DNA from: the human T2T-CHM13v2.0 reference genome, Homo sapiens
Length of the DNA: 64,000 nt
Reading direction: 5' to 3' (one strand)
NCBI RefSeq assembly: GCF_009914755.1
Contig: NC_060927.1
Position 1 is the first letter of the stretch. The number at the start of each line of letters is the position of its first letter. Shown piece by piece: positions 13,534-28,335 of the stretch. The notes under the pieces are model-generated. The model did not search any database. It was not told where the DNA came from and saw only the letters and a program-made list of their open reading frames with translations. The position numbers and the translations under genes were made by a program.

Positions 13534-14241
13534 CAGTTTTATTTTCAATAGCCTCTTCTCTTATGTGTAAACGTTAGTAAATGTCATTTTATTAGAATTC
13601 TGCATTGCCATAAAAGTTTATTTTGGCTTCTTACAAAGTTATCTTTTTGGGATTTTATCAAATGGATTCCTGACTAGTATCAATCTTCAGAAACCAATTA
13701 TATGGTTTCTTAATTTGATCTCTAGTCTGACTTTTCTACATAGAAATCATTTTCTGCCATCCACTGAGCTTAGAAGTCTTCTATTCCTTCAAAAATATAT
13801 ATTCCTCCTTAAAAATAAGTAGAAGGTGTCATCTCTTCAATGTCAATGACTGTCTGGGACTACCCATCAGTACAGGGCTTTTGCAGGGTCATTCCATAAA
13901 AAATAGTTAAGTATCTAATGCTATACCAGCGATCATCTTATTAACTTTCCTATCACCACCTCTTGGAATTTGCTTTGTTGCTACATTACACCCAATCATT
14001 TGTTTAGCCACTCCTACCACAACTTCAGGTGTATTTTTAAATAAAAACCTCCTTTCAATCCACTCTTAAAGTATCTTTTCCTCTCCCTGTGGCTAAATTT
14101 TAAATTCTAAAACAGAATCTTTTGCATCTGTTGTCTCATGGACTCTTAAGAGTACTGACTACAAAGACTCTGGCCTCTCATCCTCTTATCTTATGCCAGT
14201 TTCATGCTCTGGTGGTATTCCTGTAGGTTCAACCAACTTGT

Positions 14242-14752
14242 AGAGCTGCACTGTCCAATACAATAGCTACTATCCACATGTGGCTATTTAAATTTAAATT
14301 AGGCCAGGTAGAGTGGCTCACACCTGTAATACCAGTACTCCCAGAGGCCCAGGCAAGGGGACTGCATGAGGCCAGGAGTTCAAGACCAGCCTGGGCAACA
14401 TAGCAAGACCCCATCTCTTAAAAAAAAAAATTAGGTGAGCATGGTGGCACACACCTGTAATCTTAGCTACTCAGGAGGCTGAAGTGGGAGAATTGCTTGA
14501 GCCCAGGAGTTTCAGGCTGCAGGGAGCTATCATCACACCCCTGTACTGGAGAGACCCTGCCTCTAAAAGTAAATAAGTAAATAAATTTAAATTAGCAAAA
14601 TTAAATAGAATTAAAAATTCTGTTACTCAGAACATAATGTTTGAGCATATATTTCAAGTGCTCAAGAGAGCCACATGTGGCTAGTGGCTACTGCTGAAGA
14701 GTATAGATATAGAATATTTTCATCCTCACAGAAAGGTCCTTTGGACAGTACT
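14242..14752. mobile_element. MER3/MER33-type MITE interrupted by AluJ (14302-14580, +)
   Basis: CTGTCCAATA...TTGGACAG termini; CCACATGTGGCTA motif. Confidence 0.68.
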
Positions 14753-16364
14753 ATTGGAAGTCTTAATTCAATTGTATTCAACTTTAATGCTATCTTCTTG
14801 CCACAGTTGGGAAAAAACCCATTTCCTTCTCTCTTTATTCCTAGGTGTTTTGGGCCAGTGCCTGCTGGAGTATGGTTAGGAAGACGTGTTTCTGGATCTT
14901 TATTCTTTTCTTACCTCCTCATGGATCTTCCAATCTTCCTTGCCTTTAGTTTTTCTTACCAGCCTGCCATAAATTTATCCAGTTATAGATGCTAAACTAC
15001 ATTAAATACTTACTTTAAAAAAATCCCATAATAATATACGGCTATTATATCTTAATCAGAGTACTCAAGACTCCTACAAGTACACTTCCCTTCTTATTCT
15101 GTCTAGGTAATCTATTAGCATTGGGGCTTTACATTGAAGGAATCCTGTAAGGAAGTTGCCACATATGATTTATCTTCTGTGATCCAGGAGGCAAAGTGAG
15201 GCAGCTGCAGCTTTCCTTAAGACTGTAAGAAATCTTCTTGAATTCTCAGATTTAGTTATTTATATCTAGGAAGTGATGATTGAGGTGAAGTTTCCTTATG
15301 TTAGACAATGACTGTGCCATCTGCTTGGAAATAACCTAAACTAGAAAACCTCTATGCAAAGAGGAGAAAACCTTTGTGATTCATAAATCTCTGTATTAAA
15401 TTAAAAGGCTAAAAGTCCTTTGAGTTACCTGAAAACCAGGTAAAGGTATGGGGCTAGGGGCAAGCACAGGGTAGTTTCATTGTAGTTTAGAGCAGGAATA
15501 GAGGCTGTAACGTTGATAATGCACATCTATAGTCAGGAAGGCACAACACTTAACCTAGAGGAGATTCAAGGCTCCTCCCCTCTGTTGGGATCATCTCCAC
15601 ACTGGCTGCTACCCACATTGGTTATACAAACTCACTGCCCCAGAAAAATGTGCTCATTACCATCACGTATATCTTTTGTCCTAAGTAAGTGCTTGCTTCT
15701 ATTAATGGAAGGAAATATAACCCTTCCATTATAGAATGGTAATCCCAAAATTCATGAGGGTCTTAGGCTCTCATATCTTACCATATGGGTTCTAGATATG
15801 CAAAAATGAGTAATTCCGTTAAATTTTTTCCAATTTATTCATATACAGTGATCTGGTATTTTAAATACCAGTTCTCACTATCATCAAGTTTAGGGATAAT
15901 CTACATTATGTTGCCAAAGAAAAGAATAAAGTTCACTCACCCCTTGAAAAAGTAAACTTAAAGATTTAGCTTCATTAAAACTAACGTTAATTCAGTCAAA
16001 ATGTACAATAGTAAAATTGCTGACATTTCATATGACATATATCCATAGGAAATATGTGAGAAGACTTACATAAACTGCTGCTGTATTATACAATTATATA
16101 CATGTTTACTTACGAAGATGCAGTAACCTAAAATATAACCATCAAATCATGATCCTTCAAAAACAACAAAAACTGCAAATCCCTAAGATTCAAGCTCAAA
16201 GGGCATCTCATGGATTCCTAATTCTCAGTCAGATCTGATAATTCAGGTAAAATAAAAATTTCTTCTTTCACTAAATCTCAAACAAAAATGTCATTTTGTC
16301 ATCTTTTCTTTAAGCCTCCAATCTTTCTTTGTTATACATTTTTAATTATATCATATTAGCATAC

Positions 16365-16490
16365 CTGATTTTTATACAAGGTTTCCTTCAAGCTTGTAAG
16401 AGCATGAATACGAACATCGACATTTTCATGTTGAATGGCCTTCATAGAGAGCTGAAGAGTTGTCTGAAGATCAGTGCTCTCAGAGGTCTC
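16365..16490 (-). CDS. ATR: ATR exon 21 (126 nt)
   Basis: ETSESTDLQTTLQLSMKAIQHENVDVRIHALTSLKETLYKNQ. Confidence 0.95.
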
Positions 16491-17392
16491 CTATATACAA
16501 AGCACAGAGAGACAGAACTTATTAATCAACTATTTTAACAACCATTTCCAAAGGCCTGAATTCTCTATATAGTTACCATTAAACTATACCAAACCAATTT
16601 TTTAAAGTAATGAAATTTCCATTCCTTCCTTTGTACAGCACAAATCATTTTTAGTAATTCTGAGGGAAAGGGATTTCATTGTAAAACTGTTAGACCTGGA
16701 GAAAAATTTTATCCCAACTAAGTAAGAATTTACTTCTCTAAAATAAGTACTTCTTGACAGGAAGTACAAGTTTCCCTTAATTTACAAAGGGCTACATAAT
16801 AGCTTTGAACCAGGTCTATGGATTATATAGGTAATTCAATTCCTTTCACTACCCAAGGTGACACCTAAGGTCAGGTGTCCCACTTTCTACCCAGAAGTTC
16901 TATGAAATCACCACTAACATCTTCATAATTTTAGAGAGCTCACTAAGATTTAAGATGCTGGAATTATAAATTATTCCCCTTCTAAATCTCAGGAATCATT
17001 CACATCTGACATTTCTATATCATGGTTTGTAGCACAACAAAACTAGAATCATCCCACAGCTTTCCTTTCTTCTCTTAGGGTGTGCCGCTGTGGTAGCGCT
17101 TCTTTTTGGGACAATAAGTAAGGACACTTTGGTCTGGGTAGTAAAGGCATAAGAATTGTATTTTTTGCTCTCTGTTCTATCTAATGGTGTTACATATTTA
17201 ATCTAAATGCTAAAACTTCCCTCCAAAAGTCATGGATTCATGGTAGCATTATCTACTCACCAGGAATTAGCTATCAGAATAGGACTATATTATCCCTAGA
17301 TATGATCCTAAAGGATCTTTATTTCATGTATTGGAACTTGGGAACAATTCTGTATTAATGATCTCCTAAACCACAAATTAAAAATTAAATAC

Positions 17393-17486
17393 CTTTCTGT
17401 ATTCCTGGAGAACGGCTTTTATCTTTTTTAATTCTGGATGATCAGGTAAAAAATATATTTCATGAAGAAAATCTTGCACAGCATCC
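17393..17486 (-). CDS. ATR: ATR exon 20 (94 nt)
   Basis: DAVQDFLHEIYFLPDHPELKKIKAVLQEYRK; AG/GT bounded. Confidence 0.95.
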
Positions 17487-17694
17487 CTAATAGTTAGTTG
17501 GAATAAAAAGAATTATTTGCCAAGAATATGAATACTAAAAAAATGTAAAGTAAAAGTTGAAACTAAGGCCAATTTAATTCATAATTAAAAGTGCTAGTTG
17601 ATTACTGAGCTGCAAAGTATTTTCTAACTATGTCTAAGATGCTCAGCTAAATTATTAGTGGAAAATGACCAAAGCTATGAAAATCACTCTATAA

Positions 17695-18140
17695 TAGTGC
17701 TACAATAAACCATGCTTCTCAGCATACAAACCCATATATACAGTCCCTTCCTCTTCAAGCTGGGCTGAGTGTGTGACTTGCTTTAGCAAATAGACTGTGG
17801 CAGAAGATATACTGTGCCAATTTGGGGCCTGTTAAAAATGCCTGCAAGTTTCCATTTGTGTGTTCTGGAGAGCCCTGAGTCACTACGTAAGAAGTGTTGC
17901 CACCAACATGGACAGACCGTGGTACAGAGAGACAGACTGTGAGACTACACGGAATGAGAGAGGGCCCAGCCCAGTCTACCTGCCCCCTGAATGTGGCCAC
18001 ATCAGTGACCACTTGTAAGACCAGTAGAACTGACCAGCTGAGCACAGTCCAGATTGCAAAATTATGAGCAAATAAAAATGCTCATTGTTTTAAGATACTA
18101 GGTTTTGGAGTGATTTGGAATGTAGCAATAGACAGACAAA
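17695..18140 (+). mobile_element. MLT1-type MaLR LTR (degenerate)
   Basis: GTGACTTGCTTTAGCAAATAGA and GTTTTGGAGTGATTTG..GTAGCAATAGA motifs. Confidence 0.6.
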
Positions 18141-18429
18141 GACTACCTCAATATACAAATTATCATGAAGAATTATAGAAAAAAATACATAAATAATCCT
18201 TGTCAGGGCTATAATTTTTAATTTCCTTCTAATATAATAAATGCTCTAATCTTTCTGGGTCCAAATATAAGCATTTCTAAATCCTAGTCTTCATTAACTC
18301 ATGCAATAAATATATATTAAATAACTACTATGTGCTACTACATGCTAAGCACTCTGCTAGTCACTGGGGATGGAACAATAAACAAAGCCAAAGTAGTGCC
18401 TTCATTCAGCAAGCTTAAGGTCTTCTATC

Positions 18430-18666
18430 TTGCAGCATGATCATAACTCACTGCAGCCTCAAACTCCTGGGTTCAAACAATCTTCCTGCCTCAGCCTGCA
18501 GTAGCTAGGATTACAGGCTCTTTTTGCTTTTTTTTTTTAAATGTTTCTGTATTTTTTGTAGAGATGAGGTTCTCACTATGTTGCCCAGGCTCCTGGCCTC
18601 AAGCAATCCTCCAGCCTTGTCCTCCCAAAGTATTGGTATTGTTGGCATGAGCCACCATGCCTGGTC
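18430..18666 (-). mobile_element. Alu (J-type, partial)
   Basis: Alu motifs. Confidence 0.8.
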
Positions 18667-19765
18667 AGGATTTTTCTTATGATTATGAGAAAGGTAGAGA
18701 AATGACACTTCTGCAATAAACAGCAAAGACATGACTATGTACAAAAAAATTTAAAAGGTACTTGAAAAGTAGTCCCAAAATCTAAATTAGTGATTTTGTT
18801 GTTTTATCATGCACAAAATATAAAAATATCAAAAATAAAAGTATTTTAACTAAATAAAAACACATTAACTTTTCCTTCTTCTATGATTTCTCCCTCATTA
18901 GACAGTTACTGCAACTGACTAAAGGGACCAGCAATAGCATATGGGTGAGTAGGTAAATAAGTAGTACTTCAATCCCAACTTTTCACAAGCAAAGGAATGA
19001 TTATATACAACATTAAGTAAAATCACAGAAAAAAAATTAAATATATAAAAAGACATCCCAGTCTAAAAAGCAGCCTGAATCAAAAATACAAATGGGAAAG
19101 AATAATGCATGTTCTGTCAATAGTAATCCACACTGGCTATAGCCTAATGCCTGTTTTGAAAAATTATGGGGGAAGATAGTAAGAAATAGTCTGTGGCCAC
19201 ATTTTTAGAAAGCCTTCAATATCAAGCTAAGCAATTTGGAATTTATCAATTAGGAAATGGAGAATCTCAGAATGCCTTTGTATGCTGGAATGACACCAAT
19301 AAAGAGATATTTTTAAAACACAGTTCTAGTAACAATATCAAGAAAAGTGATGAAAGCTTAAAGGAAGAGAGGCTGGTTCAAAGCTTAACGCAATGAGGTA
19401 ATAAGGGTTTCAACTAAGGTAAGCTGCAGAAAGTAGGTATCTCTCCTAACCTTTCTCATGCTATTCAACTATCTGCCTTTTGACTGTGAAAAGAAAGGTA
19501 AATTAGGTTACACATTTACAGAATTAATGAAAAGTAATTTTTAACTGGTGACCTATTAGTGAGCTTTGGAAATAATTATAATAGAAGCAATGCCACAACT
19601 GAAATAGCATCATTTCAATATGTAATTACATGCCAATTACTTTTGTTTATTGATAAACCCTGAAATTCAAAAAAGTGACAGTTTCCACATTACCATCAGT
19701 AATTTTGAGACATAAAAATACAGTTTAAAAAGTTATTATTTTACTATTAATTTCAGTTACAATAC

Positions 19766-19909
19766 CTGTTTTCAATTATGAGGTAGTGGAAGATAGCTGC
19801 AGTTTCTTTAGGCTGGATGTGTATAAGAGGTAACAAAGCTACTATTACATGACTGAGAAGGGAGCCCAGACAAGCATGATCCAGGCAGCGAACAAAGCAG
19901 TCCCAAGCT
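19766..19909 (-). CDS. ATR: ATR exon 19 (144 nt)
   Basis: AWDCFVRCLDHACLGSLLSHVIVALLPLIHIQPKETAAIFHYLIIEN. Confidence 0.95.
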
Positions 19910-22187
19910 CTATGTGAAAAAACAAATAGAAATGAAGTCCAATTACTTTTATTATTTGTAAAGCTCTATCAATCAGTAATTAGTTGAAGACACATGATAT
20001 ATACAAACAATAGATTAAAAGGCAGCTTTAAACATGGAATAAAGATCAGTGCTATATATTCAAATAAAGTGATGTCCAAATTATGTGAAGTCAAAAAAGC
20101 AAGGTGAAAAACAGTGTTTGGGGCAGAATTAATAATAAAAAAAAAGTATGTGTGTGTGCATTTACTTATTCTTTTACAGAGGGTGGATATACAAAAATTA
20201 ATAAAAATAGATATCTGTAGAGGTCGAAATTGGAATCTAGATTTCTGACTATAATTTGTTACACAGATTTGAATTTGGGACTATGCAAATGTTTTATATA
20301 ACTTTTAAATTAAATAAAATAGAGGGAAAAAGCAACCCTTAAAAGTTTTAAAGAAACTGAAACAAGTGAACCTAACTAAATGTTAAATTGGTAGCACATG
20401 CACACAGAAAATAAGTACTTCACGTGATTCTAAAACCTATTCTTTATAAAAATTTTCTAGTAGCTACATTCACTTAAGACTTAGAAGCAATGACAGTAGG
20501 CCCAAAGAGTGCCTATGCTTGGAATTAATCTGGGCTCAAAGGAACCAGAGCCAGGTTTCCTTGAAGAAATCACTAATTTTGAGTCAGAGGCAGGAAATGT
20601 TCAAGATAAGCCCAGGTCATCTTGTCATGCCAGAAAGCAGAGAATCTATAAGAGATTAATAGAGGTCATATCAAAACTCATAGATGCCAACTTGAAGGGA
20701 TTTCTACTTGCTTAAGATGGGACAATTTCAGCAATAAAAAAGGATAGTGACTTTAATGGATAAAAAATAATCAAACTTATAAAAATCTACGTTATCAAAA
20801 TGATATTAAAAAAACTTCACTGGAGGTTGCTACAGCACAAACCTATATTCCTAAATTGATTAACTAAAGGGAAATATTCAAGTATTTATGAACTGCTTTA
20901 TATGAACTATGGTTGTTTTGCTTTTAAAGACAAGGTCCTGCTATGTTGCCCAGGCTAGACTCAAACTCCTGGCCTCAAATGATCCTTCCACCTCAGCTTC
21001 CTAAGCAGCTGGGACTACAGATACGCACAATCATGCCCGGCTAGCCAAATTTTATGAGGAATTTTGTTTTAAGAAGAATCCCACCTAGTAAATACAGAAG
21101 GAATAATAAAATTAGAAAATCATTATTTCATCAACTGCAATGAAATAATGGACTTAGGCAATGATCATTAATTAATGCTAAAATCATCAGATGAAAGATT
21201 AGTGGGGAATTTTATAATAAAGGGATTCAGGTTGATAAAACCTACTGTCTAATCTTACCATTACTAAAAGTGGACAACCAGATATTATTATGTGGCTCAT
21301 ACTGTGCCACAAGAGAAGCACAAAGCCTCACCTATGAGGTATGTTATCATAATAAATTGAACCTAAATCTAATCAAGCATCTATATCTAAGTACCCATTT
21401 ATAGAAAAGACAGGGAGGAAAGAAAAAATAGAGGGAAAAGTTAAATTAGCTATTCGCCAAATCCAACATCCTAAAATCTTAACAGCCTAAAATAAGTAAA
21501 ATGTGTGAGTAGAGAATTTAAGGGATGAGGCTGTTTACAAGAGACACTTAAGGAGCCAGGCAACCAAATACACATATGTAAACTTCATTTATAGTCTAAT
21601 TCAAGAAACTATGATACATACAAACATCTCTGGAAAAACATCTCTGATACATACAAACATCTCTGGTCATATACAACATAATATATACAATGTCTTTGGG
21701 AAAAATACCTTTGAGACAACTGGAGGAAATGTGACTAAGGACTGAGTTTTAGATTAGATATTTCTATTAATCCTGCTAAGTATAATAATTCATGAAGGTT
21801 ATTTTTTAAATGTCCTCATCCGTTAGATACATCTAAAGTATTTACAAGCACAATGATAAGATTCTGGGATCTTCTCTAAAATACCCCAACCAACAATCAA
21901 AAAGGTAGAAGTGGATTAAAAAAAACTAGCAATGTTGATAACTGCTAAAGTTGGGAAATAGGTATGTAGGTTCATTGATAACTCTTCTATTTCCCAGTAT
22001 GTTAAAAGACTTCCATAGTAAAATGTTTTAAAAGAAGTAAATATGTTCTATTTTAAATACAAATAAATAGTCTTTCTACCTTATTTATTATTTGAACCCA
22101 ATTTCCCTCAAAGAGATAAGAATTCAAGTTAGTGCTACTGGAAAATGCAAAAAAAAAAAAAATTAATAAACTCAGGCAGTCATTTAC

Positions 22188-22318
22188 CTGCAACACAATT
22201 CAGGAAAATCATCCTTGAATCGAAGGCCAGTTCTCAGTGTGGTCATCATCTTCACCCTCACAGAACTGACATGTTTGGGTCCCATTAACTTCATCAAAGA
22301 CATCAAACTGTTCAAGGC
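22188..22318 (-). CDS. ATR: ATR exon 18 (131 nt; UME-domain region)
   Basis: ALNSLMSLMKLMGPKHVSSVRVKMMTTLRTGLRFKDDFPELCC; AG/GT bounded. Confidence 0.95.
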
Positions 22319-23948
22319 CTATAGAGTTAAGTAGTGCTTCAGAGTAAAGCTTATAAACATGCTGCCAGAAGCAGATGAGCCCTAAGGACAAGTGCTTCCC
22401 ACCCAGTATCAGGGTGTCATCTATTCTCAGATAATACAAAAGATTGAATAAATGTTGGCCAGTTTGTTTTGTCCAATTGCTTATGTCTTATGTGGTAATT
22501 ATAAATTTGAAAAATACAAGTTGAGTTCTTTTTTGTTTTTTCCCTTGAAGGTGATTTGTTATTTTAGCCCAGTATTCATCTAGAACAGTACAATTTCTAA
22601 TTTATTAAAGGTATAATGCATATTGTTTAATTTCTTTCATATCTATCCCAAACTGCCATACACATATATAAAACAAACTGAATTAAAATCATTTAAATTT
22701 GAGACCATATAACAATTTTTGTAGTAAATGGAATACTTCCTAGTAATCAGTAGTTAAGGAAATTTTTGTCCTAATGATATTAAATTCAAGATGTCCTGAA
22801 TTTAGTAAAACAAATAATTAATGATACACTCAGAAAATGAAACACATGAAAAACACAGAACCAGACCTGTTATCAGCAGCTCCAGTTTATAATGAAGGGG
22901 TAAAGAAACTCTGGTCGACTTTATATGCCAAAACATTTTAGTTATTTATGGTTTACAAGACAAACTGTAGTTTTCTTAGATTCAAGGTGATTCTCTCCCT
23001 TAGAATAGCAATTGGGGAAACAATAGGAAAGAAGCCATGTAGATGGAATAGTAGTTGGTTGGGGGATTGAATTTACTAGTTGACACCAAAAGAACAGGCA
23101 TTGGTTGCTGAAATTTGCAAAATTTAATATGGTAACATATGTCTTTCTTGGCTCCTTAATAAAAAAAAAAGGAGGGGAGAGTATACACTGAAATAAAAGC
23201 TTCCATTCGTAGGTGTTTTTTGTTTGTTTTTATTGTAATCTTACTGACTGCAGAGGTGGAAAGCAACAGAAAGAGAAATTTTATCAATATCTAAAATTTT
23301 ACTCCAATTTATAGGACGAAAATTTCCAACGGTGGCCAACTGTTGCAGCAGTCATAATGAAACTTCACTGTGGCACAAGCATTTAAACATAAAGTTGCTT
23401 TACATTATAATAACCTAAGATTTCTGGTGTTCAAAAACACCATGAGCCATGACCCACACCAGACCAATCTAAACCAAGGAGACTCAATGATGCAACTTTT
23501 GTTTGAGCTTTCAGTGATTGCTAGTCTCTCTCTTCAAATGCTGGACTAGATGTTGTGATGACGTGAGCTTGAAGCCATTGAGGTCATTAACTGGCTCTTA
23601 AGTACAGAGCCAACCCAGATGAATCTGAGCCAAAAGACTGACTCTGAGAACTTTTTTGAGTCCAAAATCAAGTTATGCCTAAAGCTACATCATCCTTACG
23701 CTTTTAGTAACACAGCCACAAGTTCCTTTTAGTCACTTTGGGTTGGGTGTTCTATCCCTCCTAAACTAAAGAAATGAAACGAATACAATTCCAATTTTTA
23801 GACTCCCAAAAAACGTATATGAGTTCTTCAGCAATAGAGAATGTCATATTTGGTTATTTCTCATCTTTGAATGTTTGTAGCTAGATGCAGAATTTATCTA
23901 TATTCTGTATGAATTCTATCTTAGCACTCTGGAACTATCACCACTTAC

Positions 23949-24041
23949 CATTTTCTTATCTTCAATGCCAACACTAGAGCTCAGTAACTGCATGTTAAAA
24001 AAAGCCAAAATGCCCAACAATTTGGGTTGTAAATAATCAGC
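23949..24041 (-). CDS. ATR: ATR exon 17 (93 nt)
   Basis: ADYLQPKLLGILAFFNMQLLSSSVGIEDKKM; donor ATG|gtaagt. Confidence 0.95.
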
Positions 24042-24612
24042 CTAAGAAATAAAAACAGATAATATGTAAGCTTTATACAGATTGAATTTCTTAAGTTGAC
24101 ATTTTAATTATTTAATTAATGTCATTTATATTTTACCTAACTAGATTAGCATATTAGAAATAAACACTTGGTTAATTAAGTTTCTCCAAAAGCATATATC
24201 TTCACATGTAGTATTTAAAGAAACATGTAGTATTTAAAGGAATGATTTATAGTCACCACGAAAAAATATGATTAAACAGTACAGTACAATGAGAAAATGA
24301 TGAGTTTTTTAATCATGGAGTGAACTGGGGTGGGATCCTCAGGATCTAATTCATGTCGGGATGTGGGGTGGAGAGGAAAAGAAGAAAGAAAAGAATAGAG
24401 AAAGACAAGGGACTGCCCTTATTCTATGACATTTAGAGCTATGGTAGAAAAGTACGATTAAGGAAAAGGTATTCTACCAGAATAATGATCTGACATAGGG
24501 GATAATATCCCTGGAAGTAACAGGGGAAAAGAGGCACAAGACCATGGGCATCAAAAGTTGCAGACTAGATATCATCATCCATGACGCTTTAGGTTTCCTG
24601 AAGTAAACAGAG

Positions 24613-24974
24613 TTCCTTCCTTAGTTCCTTCCTTCCTTCCTTCCTCCCTCCGTCCCTCTTTTCCTCCCTCCCTCCGTCCATCCCTTCTTCCTCCCTCCTT
24701 TCCTCCCTCCCTCCGTCCGTCCTTTCTTCCTCCCTCCTTTCCTCCCTCCCTCCTTCCCTTCCATTCCTCCCTCCTTTGCTTCCTTCCTCCCTCTTTCTCT
24801 TTCTTTCTTCCTCTTTTACTTAAACAGGGTTCCTTCCTTCCTTCCTCCCTCCCTCCCTCTTTCTTTTTCTTTCTTTCCTCCTCTTTTTTCTTAGAGTTCC
24901 TTCCTTCCTTTCTATTTCTTTCTTTCCTCCTTTCTCTCTCTTTTTTCTTTTCTCTCCTCTTCTTTTCTTCCTCT

Positions 24975-24975
<1 letters not shown>
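24613..24975. repeat. ~360-bp polypyrimidine/polypurine low-complexity tract (CCTT/CCCT/CTTT)
   Basis: read directly; abuts the tail end of the Alu at 24975-25254. Confidence 0.95.
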
Positions 24976-25783
<808 letters not shown>

Positions 25784-26379
25784 TTAGTATATAGCTAAGT
25801 ATTAAATCAATTTGTTCATATTACTACAAACTGAGAATGTGACCAGTCTGTAAAGAAGAATATTCTTTTGTTTCATGTCTTTATGTACAGGCAGAAGAAA
25901 GGAGCAAAAAAAAAAAAAAAAAAAAATGAGCTGGGAATGAGTAGCAACTAAAGCATTTTGAACTCCATAAGAAAGTTGCACTGCTTGATGTTGAGGCATC
26001 TGATTTAGGTATCTTCAGGTTCCATGCATTACCAAGAAAAGGGTAGGAGGGTGTGTGCTACCATATAATAGAGAGGAGTGAGGTATCCTACAAGTCTCTC
26101 CAGATTAGATGTCAGGATAAATCTTTATCTTGCCTAGCACAGGAAATCATCTGGTTTTTAAAATCTAAAATTGCATTTTGTTCTGCAAACTTCTGATTTA
26201 GGTTGAGACTCAACTTTGGCATGGTAAGCCACAATTCACTAATTGTATGGTTCTAGCCTATGTTGCTTAAATAAAAAGCAGATAAGGATCACACAATCTC
26301 TGTCAACATTCCAATATTAAAGTTCTTGCACTCAGACAAACAATTATTTGACTTTATCTACCTACCAATATATTATCTA

Positions 26380-28190
26380 TCACCAAATACTTATTATGTA
26401 TGCCTAGAATCCTATACTGGGTACAGGTGTACAAGATAAGCAGAGTCATTCTCTCTCATTAGCTTACAAGGTAGACTAGCATGAATGGAAGACACTAAAT
26501 AAGTAGTAAGTATGTAAACAAAGTTGTGATAATGCTATAAGAAAATAAACACAATCCTGTGATAGACAAGAAATGTGGTAAGGGAGTCGAGACAGGGTAC
26601 TCAGGAAACTCTTGAAATCTAAAGAATGAGAAAGATCCAGGAGATTATTCCAAGCAGAGAGACCATCCAGGGCCTAGGTCTCGAAGCAGGAAAAAGTTTG
26701 GCATGTTTAAGAAACACAAAGGAAACCATGTTGAAATATAGGGAGAAAGGAAGAAAAGAGTTGTACCATGTGAGAGTAGAAAGGTAGGCAGATCATGTAT
26801 GCCTTACAGATTTTATTTTATGTTAAGGGCAATGAAAACCATTGAAGGAATTTAATCAGGGGAACGATATGAGTTTGTAAAAAGAGCACTCCAAAGGCTG
26901 TGTAAATAATTAATTGTAGAGAGGGAAGAATGAAAGGACAGAACCATTAGGAGATGTTCACAGCTGTCCCAAGAAAGATGATCATTATTTGTGTAAGGGT
27001 GGTGGTGGCAGAAATGAAAAGATATATTTTGGAGAGACTTGATAGGATTTGCTCATTAATTATAAAAGGATAAAGGAAATGGAGGGCTCACGAATGCTTC
27101 TCAGGTTTTGTCTCATGCAACTGGTAGATAGCGGTACCATTACTGAGATGGGAAAGACTGGGAGAAAAACAGATTAGAAAGGGAAAATAAAGATTTCTAA
27201 TGAACATATTATATTTGGAATTGTTTGAGATGCTTATAAGACATGAGAGTAGAGATGATGAAAAGGTGAATATCTGTTTGCCATCTTCTGTCATCCTCAG
27301 GTCCATTCTCTGCCGCCTTCTGCCCTGCTCCGTACCTGGGACACTGACCGGACTGCATTACTTAGGATCCCTTACCCTCTGGCTTTCCACTGAATTCAGT
27401 CAGCAGGAAATACCACTAGAACAGAGGGTAGGAGGAGAGAGTATGGTATTCATATTTCCTGCTCTGTCTGTGTTTTGAGGTAGTTCTGGCAGTGGCTATG
27501 TTCCTCTACAATGAGAGGACCCCCCTCATGGTTCTGGCTCTCAATCAGGTTCTAGTAACACTATTTCTTCCCCTTTCCCAGAACTAAGGGGGGCATTAAG
27601 TTTTCTGTGGTTTGTAGTACCTGGGTTCCTTAACATTCCTTGCTGGTTCCCTTAACCTTGCCATGTCACTAAAAGTAGCCCCTTTGTTAAACTATTTCTG
27701 TGTAAATGTTTGTGTGTATGCCATCTGTTTCCTCCCAGGACCTAACCTATAAAACCAAGCTCAGAGGCAGTCTGGACTGAAATTTCAACTAAAAATTATC
27801 AAAATGTAACTCATATTAAAGAAAAAGATCAAAGAAGATCATTAAAGGAGAGAATGATGACTGAGAAAAAAGAGCCAGTTACATAGTCCTGAGTTATTCT
27901 AACATTTAGAGGATAAAGTAGATAATTTACAGGGAAAAAGCCAGTAAAGAAGCCTAAATATGAGTGAACAGTGAAGCAAAAAAGAAAATCAAGACAATGT
28001 GGTATCACAGATGCCACGCAGGAAAGAATGGCCAATTGTATTGAATGATACTGAAAGGTTGAATAAGATAGGACAGAGAAGTGACTATGAGATTTAATAG
28101 CCCAGAAGACTGTTGGTGATCCTGACAAAAGGAATTTCATGGAATAGTGAGAAAAGAGCCAGACTAGAATGGGAAATGAGAAACCAGAGA
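26380..28190. mobile_element. L2 fragments with an intervening LTR-like piece
   Basis: L2-type motifs GGCAATGAAAACCATTGAAGG and CCATTACTGAGATGGGAAAGACTGG; boundaries approximate. Confidence 0.55.
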
Positions 28191-28206
28191 TAAAAATCTC
28201 TCTTAA

Positions 28207-28335
28207 TGAACTTATGTCTAGTATTCCATTATTGGAATGGTAAGCTTGTAGAAGTTATTTATATCCTACTGCTCAAGGTCATCACCAAAGTCTGATTTTT
28301 CACAAAAAAAATTTGCAACCTCTGGCATAAATGGG
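28207..28335 (+). mobile_element. MER85 piggyBac (PGBD3-type) MITE
   Basis: TTAA TSDs (28203-28206, 28336-28339); right TIR GGCATAAATGGG; internal TTCCATTATTGGAA palindrome and GTTATTTATATCCTACTGCTCAAGGTCATC body. Confidence 0.88.

Noticed and set aside
22209-22439. ORF overlapping exon 18 in another frame
   Set aside because: Splice phase gives ALNSLMSLMK as the real frame; the alternative has no support
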